From positions 96,001 through 160,000 of the IMG/VR virus record IMGVR_UViG_3300030419_006251: a stretch of DNA of 64,000 nucleotides; one strand, written 5' to 3'. Both the position numbers and the translations under genes were made by a program. Numbering within the stretch: the stretch's first letter is position 1; every line of letters starts with the position of its first letter. Shown piece by piece: positions 7,556 through 17,288 of the stretch. This DNA comes from a virus (taxonomy: Duplodnaviria; Caudoviricetes). Below the pieces are notes generated by a model, which was not told the DNA's origin, ran no database searches, and was given only the letters and a program-made list of their open reading frames with translations.

Positions 7556-8716
7556 TTAGTAATCTAATCTAACGCGTAGTGTTAATTCTGTTGTCGGATC
7601 TTTCTTAAGGGGTTCCGACAATTTTGCAACAGCCAACAATTCATTATCTGCAGAGTATAGTCCAACGGTAGTAATGAAGGACACCGGAGCGTCGGATCTG
7701 GTATTTTTTACTCTAATCGCACTAGAACTCATGTATGTCGGGTTGGCACTATAATTGAAATCATTGTGATTGACCCTACAGAAGTAGATTGTAGAGTTGA
7801 GTTCCGTAGTGTTGTTAAATTGTAGGTTATATATCCTTCTTCTAAAACTATCTGCGGCGCCGGAGATTTGTGATGCTGTCAACTGTTGCCACGAACTCAT
7901 CTTGCCCTGTCCGTCTGCTGCGCCATGCGGATCCATGATCACTGTGCTTGTGTTATTGAAATGATAGGTGCCGCTATAATTTCCCGAATCAGAGAGCAGA
8001 CCTCCATCATCATCTGAATTAAACACAGAAGCTGAAATTACTGCAATACCTGCCTGGTAATATAAAAGGCCGCATTTAACATTTTCAGCCTTAAGTGCAC
8101 TACCTTGCGAGTTGACAGCTTCAAGAATGCCATACTCGCCAGCGGGAGAATTAACACGGAAATCGTTAGAAGCAGATGCATCATGAATTCGAATTCTCTT
8201 ACTAGTAAACGGATCCGTATGGCCCGCGTCACCCGGGGTTACTCCCAGTTCCAACTCAAATGTACCTTTCTTGATCTCATCTTTAACGAGCAGTCTAGAC
8301 AAATTAACGAAATAACACGCATCAATTTTTGTTCCGCCGGCGAGAATATCGCCGTCTTCATCAAATCGTTGAATTGACCCGCTATGATCGTATCCCATAA
8401 GCACTTGAGCCATTTGGTTATAAACATTAACCTTTTTGCCATTTTGTGTATTTGTGGATGCAGAAAGAGTTGTACCAGATGTGTATCCGGGAGCCTGCGT
8501 AGAATATCCACATGTAATGTCGAAGATGTGGTTTGCGGAAGAACTCAAATAAGGATAATCATATGTGCTTTGGAACATAGCATGTGCATAATTTTTAATA
8601 TTATTCTCATCATAAGTTCCAGAAACTATTGTACCCGTTATAGGAATTGCCTCATGTAATAGTGTCCGAGTCGACACCACATCGTTATTTGTTAAAGTCT
8701 TATATGTTGTAGCCAT
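7556..8716 (-). CDS. Virion tail/baseplate structural protein
   Basis: C-terminal FITTVGLYSADNELLAVAKLSEPLKKD...RLDY resembles the tail-collar-fibre-type motif; S/T/G-rich. Confidence 0.65.
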   Translation of the reverse strand: MATTYKTLTNNDVVSTRTLLHEAIPITGTIVSGTYDENNIKNYAHAMFQSTYDYPYLSSSANHIFDITCGYSTQAPGYTSGTTLSASTNTQNGKKVNVYNQMAQVLMGYDHSGSIQRFDEDGDILAGGTKIDACYFVNLSRLLVKDEIKKGTFELELGVTPGDAGHTDPFTSKRIRIHDASASNDFRVNSPAGEYGILEAVNSQGSALKAENVKCGLLYYQAGIAVISASVFNSDDDGGLLSDSGNYSGTYHFNNTSTVIMDPHGAADGQGKMSSWQQLTASQISGAADSFRRRIYNLQFNNTTELNSTIYFCRVNHNDFNYSANPTYMSSSAIRVKNTRSDAPVSFITTVGLYSADNELLAVAKLSEPLKKDPTTELTLRVRLDY

Positions 8717-8730
8717 TTAATTTTTTCCTG

Positions 8731-9669
8731 TTAGCCCACTAGTTTAATAAATCTTACAGGCACATCAATAGAATATCCTGTTGTTGCACCTTGAACTCTT
8801 ACAGTAGAGTCAATATAATATACTTCTGATGTCGTAGCACCGTCAGCTTGGAGCATATTTGTGGTGCTACCCAACCTTGTAAACAAATAATTGCTTGTAT
8901 TAAGCTCCAAAGATGCTTGGAGCCTGAACTCAAGTTTTGTACCGCGCGGGCCGGCGATAGTTTCCGTTGAGGTTTCTGTAGTTCTTTCTGTGTTTTCCGT
9001 AACAAACTCAAGATCTGTTCCCAGACTTAAATAATATGACGCGATGTTATCATCGTCAACAAACGATACCGTTGCAATATTGTCGTTTATAGATCTAAAA
9101 TTTCCAAATCTATTATCTATCTGGAGCATGTACTGAGTTTCGACTAAATCTGCGTCCAATGCTTGAACTGGTGAAATAATTGGGTTTCCACTTGAATCTT
9201 TAGCATCGATGCCTTGATCGATCCTAATATGATAGGGACTGTTGCGAGAAGCTCCATATACCAAACCATCAATTCGGTATGAACCTCCAGTGAAAGCCTT
9301 TTCTGTTGCCGAATCGACTGCGATTAGATATGTCCCTGCTGAATTCTGCGCAGTATTAGAAATAAGAGTATTCAATTTTAACATTGGCATATAAAGCAAA
9401 TCATTTCTAGAAATTGAAATTAAGTGCGACTTCATAGAAGATGCGTTGTTAGTAAAAGCTTCAAGCACCGGAGTTTGTAGAATTTCTAAATCATAATATG
9501 CCGAACCACTGGCGTGAGTTTTGTTATAATTTTCGTAGTTTATTTCGTCATCGCCAAGTGCAAATTTTACAATTTTAAACGATCCGTCTGCTCGGGCTAG
9601 CCTCATTCTCCCAGTATCAGTTAAAACTGCGTCGAGGACGATATCGCCCGAATTATCTAAAAATGCCAT
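8731..9669 (-). CDS. Virion tail/baseplate structural protein
   Basis: N-terminal VLTDTGRMRLARADGSFKIVKFALGDDEINY, similar to the N-terminus of 16245..17285; CAGGAG SD. Confidence 0.65.
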   Translation of the reverse strand: MAFLDNSGDIVLDAVLTDTGRMRLARADGSFKIVKFALGDDEINYENYNKTHASGSAYYDLEILQTPVLEAFTNNASSMKSHLISISRNDLLYMPMLKLNTLISNTAQNSAGTYLIAVDSATEKAFTGGSYRIDGLVYGASRNSPYHIRIDQGIDAKDSSGNPIISPVQALDADLVETQYMLQIDNRFGNFRSINDNIATVSFVDDDNIASYYLSLGTDLEFVTENTERTTETSTETIAGPRGTKLEFRLQASLELNTSNYLFTRLGSTTNMLQADGATTSEVYYIDSTVRVQGATTGYSIDVPVRFIKLVG

Positions 9670-9690
9670 TTTATAGTGTCTCCTGTTAAA

Positions 9691-9698
9691 TAATTAGT
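9691..9698 (-). promoter_or_regulatory. Candidate late promoter ACTAATTA
   Basis: In the 9670-9744 intergenic gap, 21 nt before the start codon and upstream of the SD. Confidence 0.5.
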
Positions 9699-9744
9699 AT
9701 TTTAGTTTATAAATGTCTTATTTTTTTAAATTCAAATTGCATCA

Positions 9745-12330
9745 CTACAAAAGATCTAACAAATCTTCGGAATCCATTTCTTTATGTCTTTTGCGCTGAT
9801 AAAACATTCTCGATGGCTGTGCGACCACATCGGTCGATGAATCTCTAAATGCTTCCTTATTTATATAGTCGCTCTCTGTAGTTATGTGTTTGTGAATAAA
9901 GCTTATATTTAAATCTATTTTTCGGCCAGATTGCCGCGAAGTTAAACGAATCTTAAATCTTTTATTCCATATAGGGCTTTCTTGGAATCCTAATTGAATA
10001 TTTCCGTTAGCAGAATTGGCACTGTCGGCGATTTCCCCATATTCGTTCACCAAACCAGACTTCTCCGCATTGACAAAAACTTGTGCCAAATTAGGAAGAA
10101 TATGTATGTGTTTTTTCATTTTTTTACTGTCTGTTTTTGGAATTTCTGGTTCGAAGTCAATAACTTTAATCATTGGATATACCATACCAGCATCATCGAC
10201 AAGCTCAACCTCATATACTGCAGACGGATATGATATATGACCATGCACATCTATTGATCTAAAAATATAATAATACTTTATATTTGGAGAAAGGTGTTCT
10301 ACATAAGAGGCTGTCGATGCTTTCTGTATTGTCTCCTCTGATACATCAGTATACACTGAAGCTCTTTTGGCGTCTTTAAAGTCTTGGTACGATTTTGGTC
10401 GAGTTGTAATTCTAAATACCTCAAAAACTGAGGCTGGATCGTCACTGCTAAAATTAATTGGATTTCCCGGTAACACCTTTTGTGCTATCCTCAGTCGCTC
10501 ATAATGCTCACGCTCCTCTTCATTAAAGAAGATTGGATGCAGTTCGTACTCTCCGACATTTCCATTGAAATTAAACAGCAATCGATTGTTAATTGCACGG
10601 TAAGGTATAATATCGATATCTGGGGCGACGGGTGGCGAGTCAATAATTCTTTCTTTTTCTGCAAATATAGGCACCTCTATAACTTTCATAGAGGGTCTTG
10701 TATTAACCACAAAACTGGCCAAATAATCCGTAGTATCGTCAACGGTATTATATTGGCTGCCAATTTCGATGTTGCTATATCCGTATTCTGTGCCGAGCAC
10801 TAACTGATAAGCGGTTATAACATATGTGTATTCAGTATCGTATTTAACCTGGGTGTCAAACAAGCTCATTACTTCAACTTGGTTTGAATTGCATGTATAA
10901 AATACCTGGATTGGCTGCCCTGTAGGATCTCCTAGAAATTTTTGAATCTTATACATCAAAGTTTCCGAATGACTTAGGCTGCCCTTCAGTATATCACTAA
11001 AAGAGCGTGTATAATTTTTTATAAATTTGCGAACTTTGCTTTGAAAAACCATATCATGTACTTGCTGCAGATATTGACTTCTAATTGTTCCATGATTATC
11101 AGCGTCATTGGCATCTGAGCCAATTGTTATCGACATATCAGATAAAGTTTCGGAAATATTTTGTTCGTTGTTATAATAATTCTCCCACCATTCAATAAAG
11201 TCAAACATGGCTCTTTCTTTAGTTTTGAACTTTGTTTTGGTCGCATAAGAATCTTCTAACTCGACATTTCTCTTAATCATCATTTTGTTTTGCGCTTCAG
11301 TTAATTTGACCTTATTGTGAGCTTTGGTCACATCCTTGTGCATAACATAGTTCATAAACGAAGTGCTAAGATTTGTTTCTCTCAATATTTCCGCTATATA
11401 GGTAGAGTAATCTGTCAAAAACTCAATATTGGTATACATGGGGAAAATATAGCTTTTTTCATTATATTCTGCTATGTTTTCTATCATATGATTTGAGAAA
11501 GACATCGTTGACATTTGTCTTTTTAATTTTTTAATTCTTTTTGATGCTCTGCGCGTGGTGCGAGCGTAGTTTTTACCATAATTTTTAAGATATTTATCAA
11601 ATGGCTGTTCTTCTATGTTGCCGTGATCTAGCGGTTTTGTGCGCTTTTTTAATATTTGACCAGCAGACATGGTGTCGCTCTTGTCTAATCCGATCAGTCC
11701 GTCAAGAGAATTATTATTTATTGTCTTGCCTGAGCTTCTTTCATTAACCTCTTTTTCTTTTAACGCATATAAACTTGGCAACAGCTGCTCTGGGATTTTC
11801 TTTTCCCTTATTTCTTCTTCGTAACCTTCGATATAGAAATTGTATTCTGGCTTTATATTCGCAGTGTTTGTTTTTTGATCAACATTCATCAGCTTTAACT
11901 CTTTCTCAGAATATGGTAATTCAATTTTAAACGCGTGATCATAATAAACAGCGTATTCCTTATTCGCATCAATTTCGGCGTCTGCCTCTAAATTTGGATA
12001 AAATATATTTTTTATGAAGGACTCCCACTCTGTTGCAGGGTCGGTCATTTGTGCAATTCGTTCTTTATTTGCTTTTAATATAACTTTTTGCTCGAATTCA
12101 TAAAATTCTATTTTTTCATTTAATCTGGGCTGTGTGTTAAATACTATTTCAAATGGCGCGCCGGCGGATTCGAGGCTTTCCCCTATTTCTGACTTGTTGT
12201 CTTTCTTTAGTATTTCAAAATTTCTTCTCTCTTCTCGGGTCCAAAACTTTTTTGCCTTTTGGCGCAATGGATCTGCGGAACTTTTAAAATTTGTCGCATC
12301 GATAACTATTTTTGTTTTACTTAATGGCAT
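9745..12330 (-). CDS. Large putative virion protein (861 aa) with possible fibronectin type III-like segments
   Basis: Long ORF in the structural operon; FN3-like strands DTQVKYDTEYTYVITAY and KYYYIFRSIDVHGHISYPS. Confidence 0.6.
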   Translation of the reverse strand: MPLSKTKIVIDATNFKSSADPLRQKAKKFWTREERRNFEILKKDNKSEIGESLESAGAPFEIVFNTQPRLNEKIEFYEFEQKVILKANKERIAQMTDPATEWESFIKNIFYPNLEADAEIDANKEYAVYYDHAFKIELPYSEKELKLMNVDQKTNTANIKPEYNFYIEGYEEEIREKKIPEQLLPSLYALKEKEVNERSSGKTINNNSLDGLIGLDKSDTMSAGQILKKRTKPLDHGNIEEQPFDKYLKNYGKNYARTTRRASKRIKKLKRQMSTMSFSNHMIENIAEYNEKSYIFPMYTNIEFLTDYSTYIAEILRETNLSTSFMNYVMHKDVTKAHNKVKLTEAQNKMMIKRNVELEDSYATKTKFKTKERAMFDFIEWWENYYNNEQNISETLSDMSITIGSDANDADNHGTIRSQYLQQVHDMVFQSKVRKFIKNYTRSFSDILKGSLSHSETLMYKIQKFLGDPTGQPIQVFYTCNSNQVEVMSLFDTQVKYDTEYTYVITAYQLVLGTEYGYSNIEIGSQYNTVDDTTDYLASFVVNTRPSMKVIEVPIFAEKERIIDSPPVAPDIDIIPYRAINNRLLFNFNGNVGEYELHPIFFNEEEREHYERLRIAQKVLPGNPINFSSDDPASVFEVFRITTRPKSYQDFKDAKRASVYTDVSEETIQKASTASYVEHLSPNIKYYYIFRSIDVHGHISYPSAVYEVELVDDAGMVYPMIKVIDFEPEIPKTDSKKMKKHIHILPNLAQVFVNAEKSGLVNEYGEIADSANSANGNIQLGFQESPIWNKRFKIRLTSRQSGRKIDLNISFIHKHITTESDYINKEAFRDSSTDVVAQPSRMFYQRKRHKEMDSEDLLDLL

Positions 12331-15300
12331 TAATATGTATCTCCAGATCCTCGGTTGTTCATTGAGCTTCGTCGGCGACGAGTTCGTCGGCGGCTAGTAT
12401 TTTGTGTTTCGACAGTTTCACTATCCGAACTTTTGACAGAAGAGCGCTTCTTAAACCCAAACTGTTCTCTAATAAAAATATTAGAAGATATTCTTTCTGA
12501 GGATATCGTTTCAGTGCCGATATCTTTCCTGACCTGTTCTGTGATCTTTACCTTGCCTGAATTCAAACTTCTCCTGTATGTGTTAAAACTAAATGGAGAA
12601 CTTCTAGTTGTCTTTGTAATCTCTTGTTCAGTTGGCTTAAGAAAGAAATATTCATTATAAGTTGGCATATCAAGTACTTCTCTATAAGATGCGTTAATTT
12701 CACTGTTGCTGTAGTTCTTTAGTCTGCATAACAATATCTGGCCTACAGATTCGTTATACAAATCATATGTTAAACTTGTCCACTGCGGCGCCTTGATCAG
12801 TACCGATCCGTCTTCCTTGAGTTGATACCCAGCAAAAACTTCTACAGATTTCAGAAGCTGAAGATTTAATCTTAGGACGCTTTCTATTTCTGCTCGTTGA
12901 GTCGGTTCGGTACTCGCGCGTTCTAACAAATTTACTATTGGACTATTCTGCACGAACAAAGACTTAAACTGATTGGGAAATGCCTGGAATTGGGCCGAAT
13001 CAATTGATTCCAGCACATTATAGGAATTAGATATATCAAACTTTTCTATTTGAAGACCCGCTGTTGTTTCAATATCTGCACTTATATTTGTTTTAAACGG
13101 ATTTTCATTCTTGACAAATGGATTGTTTACATTGTTTTTTATCGGAGAACTGATTATATTTAACACATTGTTGTTATTTTCAGCTATAGACAATTCAAAA
13201 TTAGCTGGTACAGATCCAAGATCTCCTTTTGTTAGGTTTTCAACATTAAGATCTTGTCTCACCATTAGATTTTCTTTACCCAAGTATGTTTTTACATTTT
13301 CGATGCGGCGCTGAACTGTCGTAGGAAACAACGCGGAGAAGCCAGTTATACTTTTTTCTGTGATGTCCGCAACAACGACATTCATTTTGCTAAATAAAGT
13401 TTTTGTATTGTCTTGAATCGTTGTAACAGATAAGCTCGGCGCCTGTGATGCTGCGCCGATAAGAGATATTTTTTCCGGCTCTGCATTGTATAATAATATT
13501 TTAGATTCCAACTCCATAAGAGTTAAGCTTTGTTTTTCAAAATCACAATCGCCAAGCATATTAAAAGCAGTTTTGCCAGCGATTTGTGCGGTTGCGGGAC
13601 ACAAAAATGCAAGTTCAGTATTTGATATCATATCATTTTGTATATAGGCTTTTCCGCCATGCGAAACAACAAGTTCTGCCGACTGATCTTCGCAAAAATA
13701 TTTTCTTGTTTCCTGCTTTGCGCGCGAAACATATGTTTTTCCATCAACCATATACAAGCCTTGCTCGGTCGGATTTTGCTCCTGCATCATCAAATAATCA
13801 TATCCTGTGTGTTTTGGCACATTTGAGTCAAATATCTCATCAAACATTTTATCAAGCTTAATTGTTCTTTTTCTGGCTCCAGATCTTCTCGAAGAAGAGC
13901 GGCCAGATATAGATATTGGAGCGCCTGTAACTGTATCAACCTTATAATATAAGTCGTCAATTAATTTTACTAACCTCAAAATGCTCTCTGGATTTCCGGT
14001 TTCGGTGCTCAGCATCTTATGCAGCATTTTAGATAATTTGTTAATATCGACACTATGGTTTCCTGCAGAAAAAATATCTAGTATTTCAAGATATTCTGCT
14101 ATTGGATTAACCCATGGTGCCATGCTTCTAGAATTAATCACATTCGTTGCGTGGGTGTGTGAGCCAGGTATTTTTTTCTTGGTTTTAGTATCGATGGCTT
14201 CTCCTATTTTGAACCCAGATACCATATGAAAATGATTATCTACTACACTTGTTTGTCCGGTACCCACAGAATCGACTAAAAAACTATGCTTATGATTTTT
14301 AACATTGCGTGGAGCTTTCTCTTTTGTTGCTCCAAGATATACAACCTTTGTTTCTCCTCTGATCTTGTTGTCTTTTGTGGCAGGATATTGAGAATTTTTA
14401 AAGTTTGTAAAAGTGCGAGTATATTTTTCATTTTTGCTATTATAATTTCTCTGTCCTGCGGTGCTGGATATTGCTTCGTTATAATATGTTTCTAATTGTT
14501 TCTTAGCGTTCAATAGGCGTCTGGATATTCCTAAGAGATAATCTCTAGTTCCATCTTCAACAGTTAGCTCAATTCCGTACCGATATACTCCATCTGTTGT
14601 TTTGGCAATGTCATGATCGGTGAAAGCAAAGTGTCGCACATTGCCGTCTAAATTTGGAAACACATTTACTTCGGTAAGAAACCCAGCATCTTCTAAGCCG
14701 GCTCTTATTATTTTATTTTTTTCTGTTTTCTCGACAGCTTGGCCAGTAGAAGTAATCCTTCTAGTATATGGGGATAGTGTCTTTCTTGCTCCAGAAGAAG
14801 AGTATACAACAGTCTTAATTGGTTCTGAATGTGTTATGAGTCCTAGTTCGCTTGTACCAAACGGCACCCGGCCATGGATGATATTTCCAAGCATATTTAA
14901 AGATTCAATATTTTCCACTCTTTGTCTAACAATTTTTGCCATAAGTATTTTACAAGAGTTTGAGATTTCTTCAACAACGGATAAATTCTTGTTTGTTAAT
15001 AATTTTCCAAACTCAGCATTATCTCTTAAAATTTTCTGGAAGTTTACCGCTATAGTGCCTCGAAATCGACCTTCGGCGTCTCTTGTGCCATATAATTCTG
15101 AAAAATATTCTTGCGTCTTTTTGACATCGACGACAGATCTTTCAAGCGTGGAAAGACTTAAATTTAGTAATTTATTTTCGATTATAGAAAATTCTATTTC
15201 TGCCCTTTCAAAATCTAAAGAATCTCTGAGATCTTGTATCTTAGTGTTCTGTACCACCACCCTTCTCAATACAGGGTGCGGCTTGTCAGTATGTTCGATA

Positions 15301-16241
15301 CCTGCCATAAAGCCGACACCTTCATGAAAATGTACCGGACCTAACCAAACTTTATTTTGAGGCGTATAATACACAAACGAATTTTTAGATACTTTAGAGC
15401 TGTTGACAACCAATTCTCCAGTTGTTGGTCCATGTTTTGTTTTTAGTTCAGCAGCTTCTAAGTTTCCAGTTCCACAGCCAAAATCAGCCGCTATCTGTTC
15501 TGAGTCGAGGAAGGCATGCGCAAAATAACTTAAATGTTCGGGATTTGATTTTGTATGGTAAAACGATGCCTCAAATCTAATATCATAAACTCTGTTGCCT
15601 TGTGAATCTTTGTAAGAAGTATATTGATTGATATCCGATAAAATTTCATTTTCAACAGAAATTATTACTTCATTCGCATATTTTTTAAATTTTGATTCTT
15701 TATAGCTTTCTGGAGTTATGTCATATTTTCCTGCTATGAATTCTTGGAATAAACTAGTTTTATGACTTTCAACAACCCTAATTTTTAGGTATTTTAAAAA
15801 CTCTGGATTGTCGTACCATGTTCCAACGCCAGATGAATCTAATATTTCTCTCAAGGTTATCTGCACTTTGACCAACAATCCTGCGGGTGTTGTTGTTTTT
15901 GTTAAATAATCTATACCTTTTGAAACGAACTCTACATTCCCAAATTCATCCACTAAAATATTCGCACCTTCAACATCATCAATGTGGGGGTTATTTTCTG
16001 GTATTATGTCGCCCCCGGTTGGTTCTAAAATAATTTTTGTAATTTGTACTATTGGAAGATTTGAATCGACAGCATTAAAGGAATCTGTATCTAAGTCAAA
16101 ATCTAAACTTTCGTCCCGAGCTTCAAATTCATAGTTGACCATCTCTTCAATACTGGCCGCTACACTATCTGCTAACGATTCAGTACTTTGGAATGCTGCG
16201 ATTGGGGCTATTGCTTCCGTTGTTTTTTTAATAATTGCCAT
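12330..16241 (-). CDS. Large putative virion protein (1303 aa) with HxH clusters and an Arg-rich C-terminus
   Basis: Long ORF with TAATG coupling; HFH, HKH, HFH and HTH motifs; C-terminal SRRRTRRRRSS. Confidence 0.6.
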   Translation of the reverse strand: MAIIKKTTEAIAPIAAFQSTESLADSVAASIEEMVNYEFEARDESLDFDLDTDSFNAVDSNLPIVQITKIILEPTGGDIIPENNPHIDDVEGANILVDEFGNVEFVSKGIDYLTKTTTPAGLLVKVQITLREILDSSGVGTWYDNPEFLKYLKIRVVESHKTSLFQEFIAGKYDITPESYKESKFKKYANEVIISVENEILSDINQYTSYKDSQGNRVYDIRFEASFYHTKSNPEHLSYFAHAFLDSEQIAADFGCGTGNLEAAELKTKHGPTTGELVVNSSKVSKNSFVYYTPQNKVWLGPVHFHEGVGFMAGIEHTDKPHPVLRRVVVQNTKIQDLRDSLDFERAEIEFSIIENKLLNLSLSTLERSVVDVKKTQEYFSELYGTRDAEGRFRGTIAVNFQKILRDNAEFGKLLTNKNLSVVEEISNSCKILMAKIVRQRVENIESLNMLGNIIHGRVPFGTSELGLITHSEPIKTVVYSSSGARKTLSPYTRRITSTGQAVEKTEKNKIIRAGLEDAGFLTEVNVFPNLDGNVRHFAFTDHDIAKTTDGVYRYGIELTVEDGTRDYLLGISRRLLNAKKQLETYYNEAISSTAGQRNYNSKNEKYTRTFTNFKNSQYPATKDNKIRGETKVVYLGATKEKAPRNVKNHKHSFLVDSVGTGQTSVVDNHFHMVSGFKIGEAIDTKTKKKIPGSHTHATNVINSRSMAPWVNPIAEYLEILDIFSAGNHSVDINKLSKMLHKMLSTETGNPESILRLVKLIDDLYYKVDTVTGAPISISGRSSSRRSGARKRTIKLDKMFDEIFDSNVPKHTGYDYLMMQEQNPTEQGLYMVDGKTYVSRAKQETRKYFCEDQSAELVVSHGGKAYIQNDMISNTELAFLCPATAQIAGKTAFNMLGDCDFEKQSLTLMELESKILLYNAEPEKISLIGAASQAPSLSVTTIQDNTKTLFSKMNVVVADITEKSITGFSALFPTTVQRRIENVKTYLGKENLMVRQDLNVENLTKGDLGSVPANFELSIAENNNNVLNIISSPIKNNVNNPFVKNENPFKTNISADIETTAGLQIEKFDISNSYNVLESIDSAQFQAFPNQFKSLFVQNSPIVNLLERASTEPTQRAEIESVLRLNLQLLKSVEVFAGYQLKEDGSVLIKAPQWTSLTYDLYNESVGQILLCRLKNYSNSEINASYREVLDMPTYNEYFFLKPTEQEITKTTRSSPFSFNTYRRSLNSGKVKITEQVRKDIGTETISSERISSNIFIREQFGFKKRSSVKSSDSETVETQNTSRRRTRRRRSSMNNRGSGDTY

Positions 16242-16244
16242 TGT

Positions 16245-17285
16245 TTATTCACAAACCTCTTGATCATCCGTATTAAAGGCGGAAAAATCTTCTTCAGTTA
16301 TTCCTACGCCACCTTCCGGACACTCAAATCCTATCTCATCATACATCTCTTCGGCCCTATCTGCCGTTATAGCACTACACATTACATTTGTGTCTATTTC
16401 TTTGTCAACAAAAACATCGAAATAGTGTCCAATATAACTAGAATCCAAATCTAAATTCTGGTTATCTGCTGAATTCTCTTCATCCGGATCTAATAATATA
16501 TTATTTACAATTTTATACTTAGGTTTAACAAATGAAAGCGGAGTTAAATTATATTTTTTTCCAGGATTTGCAATACTTGGCGTTCTGTAATTTTTCACCT
16601 CTTCTTCTTCCATCAAGAAAACTTCAATATCAAAATTTTCATTTGAAAAATCAGTATTATTCTCAACAATTTCAAGTAATATATGTTTCTCTTTAACATT
16701 TAAACGACTTCCGTCCGGGAATGAACCTCCTAAGTCTATGCCAGCCGGGCCGCGGAGAGAGTATGATGGAGCGTCTTCGTCAAATGTAATGCTTGTTTCA
16801 TATACGATGTCGACATCTAACTGTGGTATTTTTAATGTCTGATGCGAGCCTGTCATATAATAAGAAGAGCCTGTCATCTCCCCTATTAGAAAATTAACCA
16901 AATAAGCTGGAGCTTTAGTTGAACCATAGGTGGTTGTTCCTAAAGGCGCCGAAGAAAACGAGTAATGTCGATCTTCAGTGTGTTGCGGATATGGCAAATC
17001 TTTTTCCCAATATTTTAAAACATTGGCGCTAGTAGTTAATTTTTTAATGTTTGTCTCTGCGCCGGCATAAATATGTTGTACTTTTAATGATGGAGTGTCT
17101 TCTTGAATTCTGCCCTCTGCTTCACTTTGTTTTTCAGAAAACTGTGCCCATTCCGAATTGTAAAGCACAGAATCATCAAAAAAAGCATAGTATGTTGGCT
17201 TAAATTTGCCTTTAGACAGCAAGTGTTTGCCATATTGAGTTAACTTAATTTGCAATACTTCTTCTTTTTTATTAAAAAATGACAT
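16245..17285 (-). CDS. Putative tail/baseplate structural protein
   Basis: N-terminal IKLTQYGKHLLSKGKFKPTYYAFFDDSVLY parallels 8731..9669; acidic C-terminus. Confidence 0.6.
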   Translation of the reverse strand: MSFFNKKEEVLQIKLTQYGKHLLSKGKFKPTYYAFFDDSVLYNSEWAQFSEKQSEAEGRIQEDTPSLKVQHIYAGAETNIKKLTTSANVLKYWEKDLPYPQHTEDRHYSFSSAPLGTTTYGSTKAPAYLVNFLIGEMTGSSYYMTGSHQTLKIPQLDVDIVYETSITFDEDAPSYSLRGPAGIDLGGSFPDGSRLNVKEKHILLEIVENNTDFSNENFDIEVFLMEEEEVKNYRTPSIANPGKKYNLTPLSFVKPKYKIVNNILLDPDEENSADNQNLDLDSSYIGHYFDVFVDKEIDTNVMCSAITADRAEEMYDEIGFECPEGGVGITEEDFSAFNTDDQEVCE

Positions 17286-17288
17286 CTA

